From an uncultured Spirochaetota bacterium (GTDB taxonomy: Bacteria; Spirochaetota; Spirochaetia; SZUA-6; Fen-1364), in NCBI GenBank assembly GCA_963820525.1, contig CAWGAA010000003.1, positions 640,001 to 704,000 of the forward strand: a DNA stretch of 64,000 nucleotides, written 5' to 3'. The notes below the pieces were generated by a model. That model searched no databases. It was not told the origin of the DNA and saw nothing but the letters and a program-made list of their open reading frames with translations. The position numbers were made by a program, and so were the translations under genes. Of the stretch, positions 29,333 to 38,859 are shown piece after piece; positions within the stretch are counted from its first letter, which is position 1; the number at the start of each line of letters is the position of its first letter.

Positions 29333-29448
29333 ATTATTTCGACAATTGCTGCGTTTTTTTCGAAATATCACGATTTTTTCGGCCGCCGAAACCGGCGAAC
29401 CGGGATTTGGAGTCCTGCTTTGCCGAAATGCTGTTCGCCGTCGGACAC

Positions 29449-30234
29449 TTAATCCCTCAGGAACCCCAGCACCTCGCGCAGGAAAGCGTCCGGAGCTCCC
29501 GACATGGCGGAGTGACGCTGGCCATCGAGCACCGCGACTCTACTGTAGTGAAGGTTTTCATGGAGCATGCCCACTGCGGCGCGAAGGGGAGGGGGGCTCT
29601 CGCTTCCCGTGAGAAGAAGGGTCGGCACCCTGAAGCCCGCAAACCGGGCCGGGTCGAACCGGTATGTGGAGCGCTCACGGGCCTCGCGGGGAAGAACACC
29701 CGAGATGGCCACCCGGGCCTTCCAGGAAGGGGAAGCCTTCGAGCGCTCGATCTCACCGTCCGACATCCGGATGACTTCTTTCAGGAAGGAGACCCATATA
29801 CCTTGCAAATCGCCCATCGAAAGCAGCTCCTCGACACGGGCCAGGAATTTCGAATCGTACATTTCCTCTCCAACGACGGTGATGGGGGGCTCGTAAAGGA
29901 TCATCTTTTTCACACGGTCGGTGCGCGCCGCAGCCTCCAAGGCGCATATCCCCCCAAAAGAGTGGCCCAGGAGGTAGACGGGAGCGCCCGCGGCTTCAAT
30001 AACGGCGAGGACGTCCTCGAACTCACGCTCAAGCTCGTAGCAGGGTGAGTCGCCGCTCTGTCCTCTGCCGCGCCGGTCCATGGTGTGCAGCCGGAAAGAC
30101 TCTCCCAGGGCCGCCGAGACCGATGCCCAGCGGAAGTGGGAATCTCCGGTGCCATGCACCAGAACGAGGGGAGCCCCCCTGCCGCTCACGCTGTACGCAA
30201 TGAGCGTCCCATCCTTCGATCGAGCGAATTCCAC
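29449..30234 (-). CDS. Alpha/beta hydrolase
   Basis: SKDGTLIAY, LVLVHG, DRRGRGQS, GHSFGG, LYEPP, GQRH; GTG start inferred. Confidence 0.9.
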   Translation of the reverse strand: MEFARSKDGTLIAYSVSGRGAPLVLVHGTGDSHFRWASVSAALGESFRLHTMDRRGRGQSGDSPCYELEREFEDVLAVIEAAGAPVYLLGHSFGGICALEAAARTDRVKKMILYEPPITVVGEEMYDSKFLARVEELLSMGDLQGIWVSFLKEVIRMSDGEIERSKASPSWKARVAISGVLPREARERSTYRFDPARFAGFRVPTLLLTGSESPPPLRAAVGMLHENLHYSRVAVLDGQRHSAMSGAPDAFLREVLGFLRD

Positions 30235-30251
30235 TCCTGCCCCCTGCTGCT

Positions 30252-31118
30252 CTACGCGGCGAGCGGCAGGCGCACCATCTCGGTTGAGATCTCCCACAGT
30301 CGCCGCATGCTCTGCTCATCAGAGGAGGCGGGAGAGGATGGGACCGCGCGGTTCTTCACGAAGTATTTGCCCGTCACGGCTTCAACCTCGGGAGAGCTTG
30401 CCAGGTAGATGCTGGTGCGCGCTCCCTCCTCCGGGCCGATGGCCCCGAAGCGCTGGGCCAGGAACATCGCCCCCCGCATGAAAGGGCCATTGTTCATGCC
30501 GAAGCCGGTGGCGACAAATCCGGGGTGAAGGGCATTTGCCGTGACGCCGGAGCCCGTCAGCCTGCGGGCCAGCTCGTAGGTGAAGAGGAGGTTCGCCAGC
30601 TTGGACTGGCCATAGGCGCGCCATCCGCTGTACCGCCGCCTGCCTTCCACGTCCTCGAAGCTCATCACGGCGCTCTCGTGCGCGTGAGAGGAGACGGTGA
30701 TCACGCGTGAAGGAGCCATGCGCTCAAGCGATTGCAAGAGGAGGTTCGTCAGGAGAAACGGCGCCAGGTGGTTGAGCGCAAAGGTCATTTCGATGCCGTC
30801 CACGGACTCCATCCACTTCTGGAAGAAAGCGCCCGCATTGTTGATGAGAACGTCCAGGCCGTCGTGCCGCGCTGCGAATTGCCGGGCGTCCGCGTGCACC
30901 TGCTGCCGGGATGAAAGGTCCGCCACAAGGAACTCCACGGAGGAGTTTCCCGTCTCCTCGACGATCCGGTCCCGCGTTGCCTCAGCTTTTTGGCGGCTTC
31001 GCGCCACAAAAACCATCGTGGCCCCCATGTCGGCCAGCTCCCGCGCCGTAACGAAACCGATGCCCGATGTCGCACCCGTTATGAGAACCACCTTTCCCAT
31101 CATGGTCTGAGCTTTCAC
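30252..31118 (-). CDS. SDR oxidoreductase (retinol dehydrogenase-like)
   Basis: AAGGAG SD + GTG; ITGATSGIG, LINNAG, YGQSK, HPGFVAT. Confidence 0.92.
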   Translation of the reverse strand: MKAQTMMGKVVLITGATSGIGFVTARELADMGATMVFVARSRQKAEATRDRIVEETGNSSVEFLVADLSSRQQVHADARQFAARHDGLDVLINNAGAFFQKWMESVDGIEMTFALNHLAPFLLTNLLLQSLERMAPSRVITVSSHAHESAVMSFEDVEGRRRYSGWRAYGQSKLANLLFTYELARRLTGSGVTANALHPGFVATGFGMNNGPFMRGAMFLAQRFGAIGPEEGARTSIYLASSPEVEAVTGKYFVKNRAVPSSPASSDEQSMRRLWEISTEMVRLPLAA

Positions 31119-31221
31119 GATGTACTCCTTCAGCGCCGCGAAGCGACACGCCGCTTTTTCACGGCCGCAGCGCCTGGGTAGAAAAATAACCACGAACGCG
31201 CGCGCCGGAAACCGGCAAGAG

Positions 31222-32073
31222 TCATTCCTTCATATCCGAAAACCTGACCGAGTTTTTCCCTTCCCGCTTGGAAGCGTACATCAGGTTATCCGCCTTCTTG
31301 AGAAGCTCATCCGCATCCAGCCGGCAGCCGGCGCATGTCAGGACGCCGATGGAAAGGGTCATGGTCCAGCCGTTCTTCCTGGTCGCGCGGGCCAGCTTCT
31401 CTCGGATTTTGTTCACGGTCGTGCGCGCCGCTCTCGGGCCCGTCTCCGGAAACAGGAGCGCGAATTCGTCGCCGCCGAGCCTCGCCACGGTGTCGGTCTT
31501 TCGAAGATTGCGTCGGATCTCCTCGACGACGGCCCGAAGCACGCGGTCTCCCGTGTTGTGGCCGAAGTTGTCGTTCACCGTCTTGAAGTTGTCGAGGTCG
31601 ATATAGGCGATCGTGAATCTGCCTCCGTAGCGCTTCGAGCGTTCTAGCTCGGATTGCAGGATCTCCATGAAGTGGCGCGCGTTGAACGCCCCCGTCAGAA
31701 AGTCAACGCGGCTGAGGATCCGCTCGTGCTCCAGCGCATTCTTGAGCCGAACAAGCAGAAGCGTGACGACGATGAAGATGCCCAGGCGGATCACCGTGTT
31801 CCAATAGGGAACGATGAAATGCGAATACCTGTGTCCCGCCCCAAGATCGGCGGAGAGCCAGATGGCGGCGCTCATGACCGAGCTCGCGATTCCCAGCCGC
31901 CATCCCGCAAACCATGCCAGGAGCGCGATGGGAATGAGATAGAACAGGGAGAAGCCCAGTTCGTATCCCGTGGTGTAATCGAGGACGCCCACTATGGCGA
32001 CGAGGAGGAAGCACGCGGCCGTAGTGAAGAGCCTGCCGCGGCGTTCAAGGAACGCGGAAAAATCGCCTTTCAC
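31222..32073 (-). CDS. Membrane-anchored diguanylate cyclase
   Basis: N-terminal TM segments; DFLTGAFN, DLDNFK.VND.FGH, RKTD I-site, RLGGDEF. Confidence 0.93.
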   Translation of the reverse strand: MKGDFSAFLERRGRLFTTAACFLLVAIVGVLDYTTGYELGFSLFYLIPIALLAWFAGWRLGIASSVMSAAIWLSADLGAGHRYSHFIVPYWNTVIRLGIFIVVTLLLVRLKNALEHERILSRVDFLTGAFNARHFMEILQSELERSKRYGGRFTIAYIDLDNFKTVNDNFGHNTGDRVLRAVVEEIRRNLRKTDTVARLGGDEFALLFPETGPRAARTTVNKIREKLARATRKNGWTMTLSIGVLTCAGCRLDADELLKKADNLMYASKREGKNSVRFSDMKE

Positions 32074-32143
32074 CCCTTCCCACCTCTTCCAACCCGGGCA
32101 CGCGGTGATGCACGAACGGCTGCGCAGAGAAAATCGCGATCCG

Positions 32144-33073
32144 TCAGATCAGGGTAACGATGGCCACGATGGCGAGAACCGACAGCGGGTAAAAGCAGGC
32201 GCGGTTGAAGAACGCCATTGCCGCCTCCGTTCGCTGGCCCCTCACCCAGCCCAGGGCAGGAATAATGAGGAAGAACGCCCCGGAACCGAGGGCTCCGGCT
32301 TCATATACGGGCCAGTATTTGACGGGTGCAAGCAGGGGAAAAGCCAGGCTCGCCGCAACGGTGAGCGCCGTCAGGCCGAAAGAGGCCCACGATGCGGCGC
32401 GGCGTCCATAGCGGACGGGAACGGTCCGTATCCCCAGGTGGATGTCCTCATCAAGGTCCGTCCAGTCGTTGGGTATGTTGCGGCATCCCACTTCCCAGGC
32501 GAATGCCCAGGCAAAGAAAATGAAAACGATGGCAGCGGGAGGGAGGGGATTGACGGCATAGACGCCGGCAAGGCCGCCGACGGCCACCATGGCTCCCGAG
32601 AGAAGTCCCTTCCAGTGCGTGACGCGAAGAAGGAGACAGTAGACGGTCTCCAGGGCCGCCGCCGCAAGGAGGAGCAGGGCGCAGACCGGGTTCAGGAGAT
32701 ATGCCAGCGTGACCGAAAGGACTCCCCAGAAGATCACCCAGCTCACGGCCGCCCAGAAGGGAAGCTTCCCCTGGGCTATGGGGTGGCGAAGCCCGAGGGA
32801 GTCCAGGTCGAAGGAAGACGATTCTCTCTTGTATTTCGCCATCTTCTCCGCATCCACGCGCCGGTCCAGGACGTCGTTGAGCGCGAACACGGCCGTGAAG
32901 CCCGCGAAGGCGGCAAGGAGCCCGATGCCGATGACCGATGGCCGTGGAAAAGCTCCCAGGACCAGGAGCGCCCCGACGGCGGGATGCGCCACGTCGAGCA
33001 CCGAATGGCTCATCCGCGAAAGACCGAAGAACTTCCTTGCACCATCCCCCAGTGTCGCGCTCAAACCGCTCAC
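32144..33073 (-). CDS. UbiA-family prenyltransferase
   Basis: ALNDVLDRRVD, RHPIAQG, PNDWTDLDED aspartate-rich motifs; multiple TM helices. Confidence 0.88.
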   Translation of the reverse strand: MSGLSATLGDGARKFFGLSRMSHSVLDVAHPAVGALLVLGAFPRPSVIGIGLLAAFAGFTAVFALNDVLDRRVDAEKMAKYKRESSSFDLDSLGLRHPIAQGKLPFWAAVSWVIFWGVLSVTLAYLLNPVCALLLLAAAALETVYCLLLRVTHWKGLLSGAMVAVGGLAGVYAVNPLPPAAIVFIFFAWAFAWEVGCRNIPNDWTDLDEDIHLGIRTVPVRYGRRAASWASFGLTALTVAASLAFPLLAPVKYWPVYEAGALGSGAFFLIIPALGWVRGQRTEAAMAFFNRACFYPLSVLAIVAIVTLI

Positions 33074-33105
33074 GATCCCGCCTCCTTTTTATTTCAAGGG
33101 CTGCT

Positions 33106-34557
33106 TCATTCCCCTCGCCGCGGTGAAATCATCCCACGATCGCCCCCGTCGTTCAACTCCTCCTCGAGGAATCCGAGGATCCTCCCGCTCGCCTCCCCGC
33201 CCAGGGAAAAGGCTTTGGCGCACGAGCGGCCGATCAGCCGGCCCAGGGGCGGAGGATTGTAGATGAGCTTCAGGATGTGGCGGGGACGGACGGAGAGGGG
33301 ATTGTAGCCTGAAACGATCCGGACTTCCTCCAGAGCCAGCCGCTCGAGGCCGGTATGGGGCTGAATGGCGAGGAAGAACACGACGGGAACCACGCGATCA
33401 TCGCCGAACATCTTCCGGATCCGGCGCACCGTCCCCAGGGTCAGGCGGAGGGTATCCCGCGTTTCACCCGGGGCATTGAGGGAGAGGTTCAGGAAGATTC
33501 TTCCCGAATACCCCGCGGATTTGAAAACCTCGAAGCCCTTCATGACTCCTTCGATGGAGAAGCCCAGCCGCAGACGATCCAGGACCTCCTGTGCCCCCGA
33601 ATTGAGGGAGACTTCCAGGTCCTGCAGTCCGGAACGCACCATCAGGGAGGCAAGCTCCGGATCGATGTCGTGTATCCGCAGGTACCCCGACCACTGGATG
33701 TCAAGCTTCGCTCGTATCAGCCCTTCCAGGATCCGGGCGAGGTGCCCGCGGTCGGCCGGCTCGCTCAAGAGCTGCGCGTCGGCAATCCAGAACCTGCGGG
33801 AGCCCCACCGCCTGGCGAAGGCTTCGAACTCCGCCACCACGCACGAGGGGTCCCTTCGCCTGACCGTCTTTCCCTCCAGGAAACCGTAGAGACAGTAGAG
33901 GCACGACAGGGGACATCCCTGCTTTGTCTGGATTCCGACAACCTCGCCGCGATATTCCTTCCACTGGGGGAAAGCCTCTTCCATCGCTTCAAGATCGATC
34001 TCCGGCTCGATGGGATTGGCAGGCAGGGGCAGACCCAGAAGCTTGAAAAAAGCCTCGAGGTCCCTCTCCGGAAAGACATGGACACGCGAGGGGATCTTCG
34101 GCTTCAGCCACTCGTGGAAGATCCTGACGCTCGAGCCTCCCAGGGCCACCGCGGCCGAGCCGCTTGCCTTCTCGACGGACCGGATGAGGCTCAGGTCATG
34201 GGAGATCGCAGAGCCGTAGGTGAGCATGTGCCTCAAACCGCTGAACGCGGAGCGTGCTTTTTTTACTAGCGATGGATGATGGAAGAAGATGAAAGCGTCC
34301 CGCATGGCGGGGTCCAGGTCTTGCGGAGAGAAGATCTGGATATCCCTCCATGAAAAGGCCACGACGTCGGGCTTGAACTCTCGAAGAGTCTCCAACAGGA
34401 GGCTCTCGCGGCGGCGGCGCTCGACGATTGCAAGGTCGAGGAACCTCTGGCTCGCGCCGGGCGCCGAGCGGTTCACCAGGGACATGAGGTAGATGGGGCC
34501 GGTGGGAAAGACCTTCTTGCAGGGAAGCCTCACCGTGAGGACTCGGGGTGGGATCAT
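33106..34557 (-). CDS. B12-binding-like/radical SAM protein resembling the cyanobacterial Slr0320 family
   Basis: VRLPC..FP.G..YL, FSWRDIQI, QTKQGCPLSCLYC (CxxxCxxC), SGAQE, IQPHT.LE, GYNPLS, YNPPPLG. Confidence 0.8.
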   Translation of the reverse strand: MIPPRVLTVRLPCKKVFPTGPIYLMSLVNRSAPGASQRFLDLAIVERRRRESLLLETLREFKPDVVAFSWRDIQIFSPQDLDPAMRDAFIFFHHPSLVKKARSAFSGLRHMLTYGSAISHDLSLIRSVEKASGSAAVALGGSSVRIFHEWLKPKIPSRVHVFPERDLEAFFKLLGLPLPANPIEPEIDLEAMEEAFPQWKEYRGEVVGIQTKQGCPLSCLYCLYGFLEGKTVRRRDPSCVVAEFEAFARRWGSRRFWIADAQLLSEPADRGHLARILEGLIRAKLDIQWSGYLRIHDIDPELASLMVRSGLQDLEVSLNSGAQEVLDRLRLGFSIEGVMKGFEVFKSAGYSGRIFLNLSLNAPGETRDTLRLTLGTVRRIRKMFGDDRVVPVVFFLAIQPHTGLERLALEEVRIVSGYNPLSVRPRHILKLIYNPPPLGRLIGRSCAKAFSLGGEASGRILGFLEEELNDGGDRGMISPRRGE

Positions 34558-34623
34558 CGCCGATTGAGACTATATTCGAGGGGCCGCCGATGGACAAGTG
34601 ACGGCTGCCGCTCCCCCGAGGAC

Positions 34624-35200
34624 TTAGAAGTAGACCTCGGCGAGAATCCGGTCCCGAGGTACTCCGAAGCCGGTGAGGATGCCGAAGGCTTCATAGATCA
34701 TGTCGCTGTTTCCGCAGAGGTAGCACAGCCGATCGGATTCCACGGGATGGTCGCGCAGGTATGCCGTGAGCCGGCCGCGATAGCAGTTGCGTTGCCCGCA
34801 GGATCCATCCGCGCTAACGCAGGCCAGATAGCGGGATGGCTGGTAGGTCTCGCTGTCGAACAGATCGGCCTCGTTCCTCACGCCGTGCAGAAGAAGGTAG
34901 TCAAGGTCAGGGTAGCTCTCAACAAAGCAGTGGAAGGGAGAGACTCCGGTCCCCGGGGCGAAGGCAGCCGAGCGCCCGAGAGACAGTGCCCTCCTGGATC
35001 TCCCTGATGAGGACCTCCAGGAAATCCCGCGAAGGAGGAGAATAAATCGTGTACTCGCGCCGCTCGCCGCTTCCCGGAACTCCGATGTTGACCCACTGCC
35101 CCGGCAGGAAGTCCAATCCGCCGCGCTCCAAGCGCAGAACGTATGCCAATGGAGACAGCCTTCGGACTCCCACCACGCGATGGAGGGCGGGCTGCGTCAC
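34624..35200 (-). pseudogene. Ferredoxin-NADP reductase-like FAD/NAD oxidoreductase with an apparent internal deletion and frameshift
   Basis: N-half FLPGQW, RREYTI, GTVS, LRPGDR; C-half in another frame GTGVSPF..HGVR..GRLT..YLCGN..EVYF; the GPxG segment between them is missing. Confidence 0.8.
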
Positions 35201-36108
35201 CGAGGGGTGGAGGAGCGGAGCTCTTGCATGTGCCGCTTGAACCCCTGGAACTGCATGTCGGCGTGATACGACGAGCGGATGAAGGGGCCTGCCTCGCAGT
35301 AAAGAAAACCCTTTTCCAGGGCCGCCCGCTTCAGCTCGGCGAACTCGTCCGGGTGCCAGTACTTCTGCACCGGCGCGTTGTTCCGGGTGGGCTGGAGGTA
35401 CTGGCCGATGTTGACGACATCCACGCCGTTCGCGCGAAGGTCGTCCAGGGTCTGAAGCACTTCGTCTAGCGTCTCCCCGAGGCCCAGCATGATGCTCGAC
35501 TTGACCACCCTTTCGGGGTCTATCTCCTTGGCGATTCGAAGGTACTCCAGGGACCTGTCGTATCTGGAGCGGGAGCGCACGCGGGGCGTGAGCCGCCTGA
35601 CGGTCTCGACATTGTGGCTGACGATGTCGGGGCCGCTCTCCACGACGAGGCGGATGGAATCCGCCGAGCCCATGAAGTCTGAAGTGAGCACCTCGATGGA
35701 GCAGCCGGGGTTTCGCGCCCTCACGGCGCGAACGGTTTCCGCCATGACGGAGGCGCCGCCGTCGGGAAGGTCGTCGCGGTTCACCATGGTGATGTGCGCA
35801 TGCGACAGCGCCATGCGGCTCACCGACGAGGCCACCCTGAGGGGCTCCAGTTTATCCACGGCGCCAGGAAGCCCCGTCTTGACGGCGCAGAAGCGGCAGC
35901 GGCGCGTGCAGGTGTCCCCGAGGATCATGAAGCTCGCCGTTTTCAGGGTGCCCCAGCACTCCTGGAGGTTTGGACAGCGGGCCTCCTCGCAGACCGTGTG
36001 CAGCCCTTCCCCGCGCATCAGCTTCTTCAAGAACACGTAGCTGTCCGTGGTGTTCAGCCTGATCCTCAGCCACTCCGGCTTCCGCCGCGGGTCGACCTGT
36101 TCCGGCAT
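35197..36108 (-). CDS. lipA: Lipoyl synthase
   Basis: [54 protein letters not shown]. Confidence 0.97.
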   Translation of the reverse strand: MPEQVDPRRKPEWLRIRLNTTDSYVFLKKLMRGEGLHTVCEEARCPNLQECWGTLKTASFMILGDTCTRRCRFCAVKTGLPGAVDKLEPLRVASSVSRMALSHAHITMVNRDDLPDGGASVMAETVRAVRARNPGCSIEVLTSDFMGSADSIRLVVESGPDIVSHNVETVRRLTPRVRSRSRYDRSLEYLRIAKEIDPERVVKSSIMLGLGETLDEVLQTLDDLRANGVDVVNIGQYLQPTRNNAPVQKYWHPDEFAELKRAALEKGFLYCEAGPFIRSSYHADMQFQGFKRHMQELRSSTPR

Positions 36109-36339
36109 TCCAAGCCCTCCAGCTTAGAATATGAGCACAATTGGCTATAAGAGGAAAGGAACCTCCGAGGCGCCGGCGGGGGCGCTCGGCCGAGGAAAAT
36201 CGTCAGCGCACCGGCAGGGGCTTCGTCGGGTGCGCCCGCCCCGTTGGGTCGGCGCGGCTTGAAAAAGCGCCGCGCCCCTACCGCAAGCGTCGAAACGCAT
36301 GCTAAGATTGCGCGCTCAAACGGAGGGGAGCCTCGGGAA

Positions 36340-36939
36340 ATGAAGGACGATTCTGATTCGATGAACCCAAGAGGCGAACAGCCCCGGCCGTCCTGGGTGG
36401 GGCTCCTGGCCCTTTTTTCCATCGCCTCGTTCGTGGAGTCCATGTACTACGGCCAGATGGGCGCGTTCACGCCGCTGTACCTGCCGCGCCTGGGCTTCAT
36501 CCTGGGCCTTGGGGGCCTGAGCTCCCTGCTCCTCGGCCCGGCCATGGGGGCCCTCGCGGATCGATTCGGCCACTGGAGGCTGGTGTTCATCGGGGGCCTT
36601 CTCTCGGCGCTCCTCTGGCCCCTTCCCATGCTCGCCCGCGGCCTTGTGGGATTCGCGCTTGCCTGGGGCGCCGCCAACGGGATCACCTCGGGGGTCTTCG
36701 CCGTGTCCTTCAGCGTCCTTTCAGGCTCCGCGCACCAGAGCATCCGCGGCCGGGTGATGTCGTTCGCCTACCTGCCGCTCAACCTCGGGGTCTTCGCCGG
36801 CCCCGCTATCGGAAGCGCCCTCACGCGCACAGATGTGTTTCTGGTATTCCCCGCGGCCGGCGCGATAGCCCTTCTCGGCGTCGGCATGCTCGCCGTCGCC
36901 GCGCGGCTCAGGATGAGGCCGAACGCGCAAGGCACGTGA
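36340..36939 (+). CDS. Half-size MFS-like membrane protein (probable internal deletion)
   Basis: One TM1-like helix then GALADRFG and IRGRVMS; only about 6 TM in about 200 aa. Confidence 0.6.
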   Translation: MKDDSDSMNPRGEQPRPSWVGLLALFSIASFVESMYYGQMGAFTPLYLPRLGFILGLGGLSSLLLGPAMGALADRFGHWRLVFIGGLLSALLWPLPMLARGLVGFALAWGAANGITSGVFAVSFSVLSGSAHQSIRGRVMSFAYLPLNLGVFAGPAIGSALTRTDVFLVFPAAGAIALLGVGMLAVAARLRMRPNAQGT

Positions 36940-37045
36940 GAAGCGGCCCCCCGTCCTGCGAGCACGCTGCCGGCCCGCCGCTCCGGCACCCGGCGTGCTA
37001 CACTGAGAGGTGCCGGCGGCCGCCCGGCCGGGAAAGGAGCGCGCA

Positions 37046-37699
37046 ATGACGGAAGCTTCGATCAGGGCCCTCGAACATATCCGCGACTTCTCGATGCTGA
37101 AATGGTACGTGATTCCCCTCCTCGCGATCGTCTTCTACGTCTACGCCCGGGAAATCAACAAGGCGCGAGGCGGCCGCGGCTGGGATGCGGTTATCGCGGG
37201 GGCCACTCTCTTCGGCATGGATTTTTTCAACGAGACGTGGAACGGATGGGTGCTCAATATCACGGGCCGTTCGGCCTTCTGGACCGCGCCGGGAGACACG
37301 GCCCTGCGCACGCTGGTGGGCTGGAACATCGAGATCATGTTCATGTTCGCCATCGCCGGAATCGTGTTCTATTACACCTGCTCGCCGGACCCGGCGGAGC
37401 GGATTCTCGGGCTTCCCAACCGCTGGTTCTGGGCCATCGTGTACTCGGCCTTCTGCGTCCTCGTGGAGTGCGTGCTCAATATCGGCGGGCTTTTGGTCTG
37501 GGAATACCCGTTCTGGAACCTCTCCCTCGGCGGGATCTGGCTCATCTTCCTGATCGGTTACTTCGAGTTCTTCGCTGCGATCAACCTCGTTCTCGGGATC
37601 GCCACCCCGCGGGGCAGGCTCAGGGCCGTGGGAGCGATCTGGACGGTCCCCATCGTCATGAACGTGATCGGATTCGCCGTCCTGCGCTGGAACTACTGA
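37046..37699 (+). CDS. Integral membrane protein, function unknown
   Basis: AAGGAG SD; 6-7 TM; Trp/Phe-rich; MDFFNETWNGW, GWNIEI. Confidence 0.75.
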   Translation: MTEASIRALEHIRDFSMLKWYVIPLLAIVFYVYAREINKARGGRGWDAVIAGATLFGMDFFNETWNGWVLNITGRSAFWTAPGDTALRTLVGWNIEIMFMFAIAGIVFYYTCSPDPAERILGLPNRWFWAIVYSAFCVLVECVLNIGGLLVWEYPFWNLSLGGIWLIFLIGYFEFFAAINLVLGIATPRGRLRAVGAIWTVPIVMNVIGFAVLRWNY

Positions 37700-37723
37700 T
37701 CGAGGGGTATTGGTGTGCGGGCT

Positions 37724-38134
37724 TCACTCGCCCAGGGCCTTGCTCACGGCCGCATGCAGCATTCGTGCCTGGGCCAGTGCCGTGACCGCGTCCTCTTCCT
37801 TATAAAACTCCGAAGGGGTCAGGTCTTCACTCCCGTAGAATGCGAGCTCCCTATCCCGGCGCAGGGAGCGTGAAATCTTCACAAGCTCGTCCAATTGCCC
37901 GTCGATCTCGCGGGGGAGCAGCTCACGGTTGTCGAGCAAAACGGGGCTCACATCGTGGACCTGTGGCACCTCGATGCGGCACGCCCGCAGGAGCCCCTTG
38001 AGGGTGATCTCCACGATTTCCTGAGCCTCCCTCACGACGTCCGCCCAGCTTCGCTCCGCCATCAGGACTTCCAGCGCCCGCAACCTGCTGCCGGCGCGCT
38101 TGAGATAATCCTTTGCCAGACCGTCATTGTACAC
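37724..38134 (-). CDS. HEPN domain protein
   Basis: DYLKRA, VVREAQEIVE..LKGLL, PQVHDV, RELAFYG; overlaps the MNT stop. Confidence 0.85.
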   Translation of the reverse strand: MYNDGLAKDYLKRAGSRLRALEVLMAERSWADVVREAQEIVEITLKGLLRACRIEVPQVHDVSPVLLDNRELLPREIDGQLDELVKISRSLRRDRELAFYGSEDLTPSEFYKEEDAVTALAQARMLHAAVSKALGE

Positions 38135-38712
38135 GTTCCACCTCCGGACCGCGCTTGATCCAGTACGGATGGCCGTAAACCATTCTCCGTTGGAGCTCCC
38201 CGTCCGCCATGGACCTGCGCAGCTTTATCAGGAAGCGTGAGATTCGGCCTTCCTTGTCGAAAAGAACGACCGCATCAACGGCGGCTTCGAACCAGATTGA
38301 ACCGGCCTCTTCCAGGGTGCCGGGGAGATGGACAAAATGCGGGCTGAATCTGTCGGAGGCGATTCCCTCGAGGCCTCGGTCCCAGCGCTCGTACAAAGAT
38401 CGTGTGAGCGGCAGGTCCATCACCGACGACGATCATCACGTCGATATCCGAGCTTTCGCGCTGCTCGCCTCTGGCCACGGACCCGAACAAAAGCACTCCA
38501 GAAAGGGATTCGCCTAGCAAGCTTATCACCTGCGATAGCGGGATCAATGCTTCTTTTCGAACCTCCCCTTTGTCCAATCCAAGGTAGTTCTTCAGCGCCA
38601 TGAGGCACAACCCGTTCAGAGAAACCCTTTCTTCAAAGGCACGACGTCTCAAAGCCGCGTGAAGCTTCGGAGGAAGCCTGACTACAAATTTACCAGACGG
38701 CTCAGTGGTCAC
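38124..38712 (-). CDS. HicB-like RHH domain fused to a minimal nucleotidyltransferase (MNT); frameshift at about 38417
   Basis: SGKFVVRLPPKLHAAL...VSLN (RHH); LFGSVARGE...SDIDV (MNT); removing one G gives VVGDDLPLTR...GHPYW. Confidence 0.8.
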
Positions 38713-38718
38713 ATGTTA

Positions 38719-38754
38719 ATAGTACTATAGTATCAATCTATTGTCAATATAGTA
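38719..38754 (-). promoter_or_regulatory. Leaderless promoter with palindromic operators for RHH-MNT/HEPN
   Basis: TTGACA-17-TACTAT-6-GTG; palindromes ATAGTACTAT (38719-38728) and TACTATAGTA (38723-38732); three ATAGTA copies. Confidence 0.7.
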
Positions 38755-38859
38755 AGACATGCCCTTCGCGGCGTTCGACACCAAGCCATAAGGCGCGGCG
38801 ATCAGCTTATGCCGTGGCGAATCAACGCGCCAATTCCAGCACAGAAACCGGCGCTGCGA

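Noticed and set aside
38760..38850. Possible structured RNA or antitoxin RNA between kdpE and the HEPN-MNT promoter
   Set aside because: Only an imperfect hairpin; cannot be distinguished from a terminator or chance
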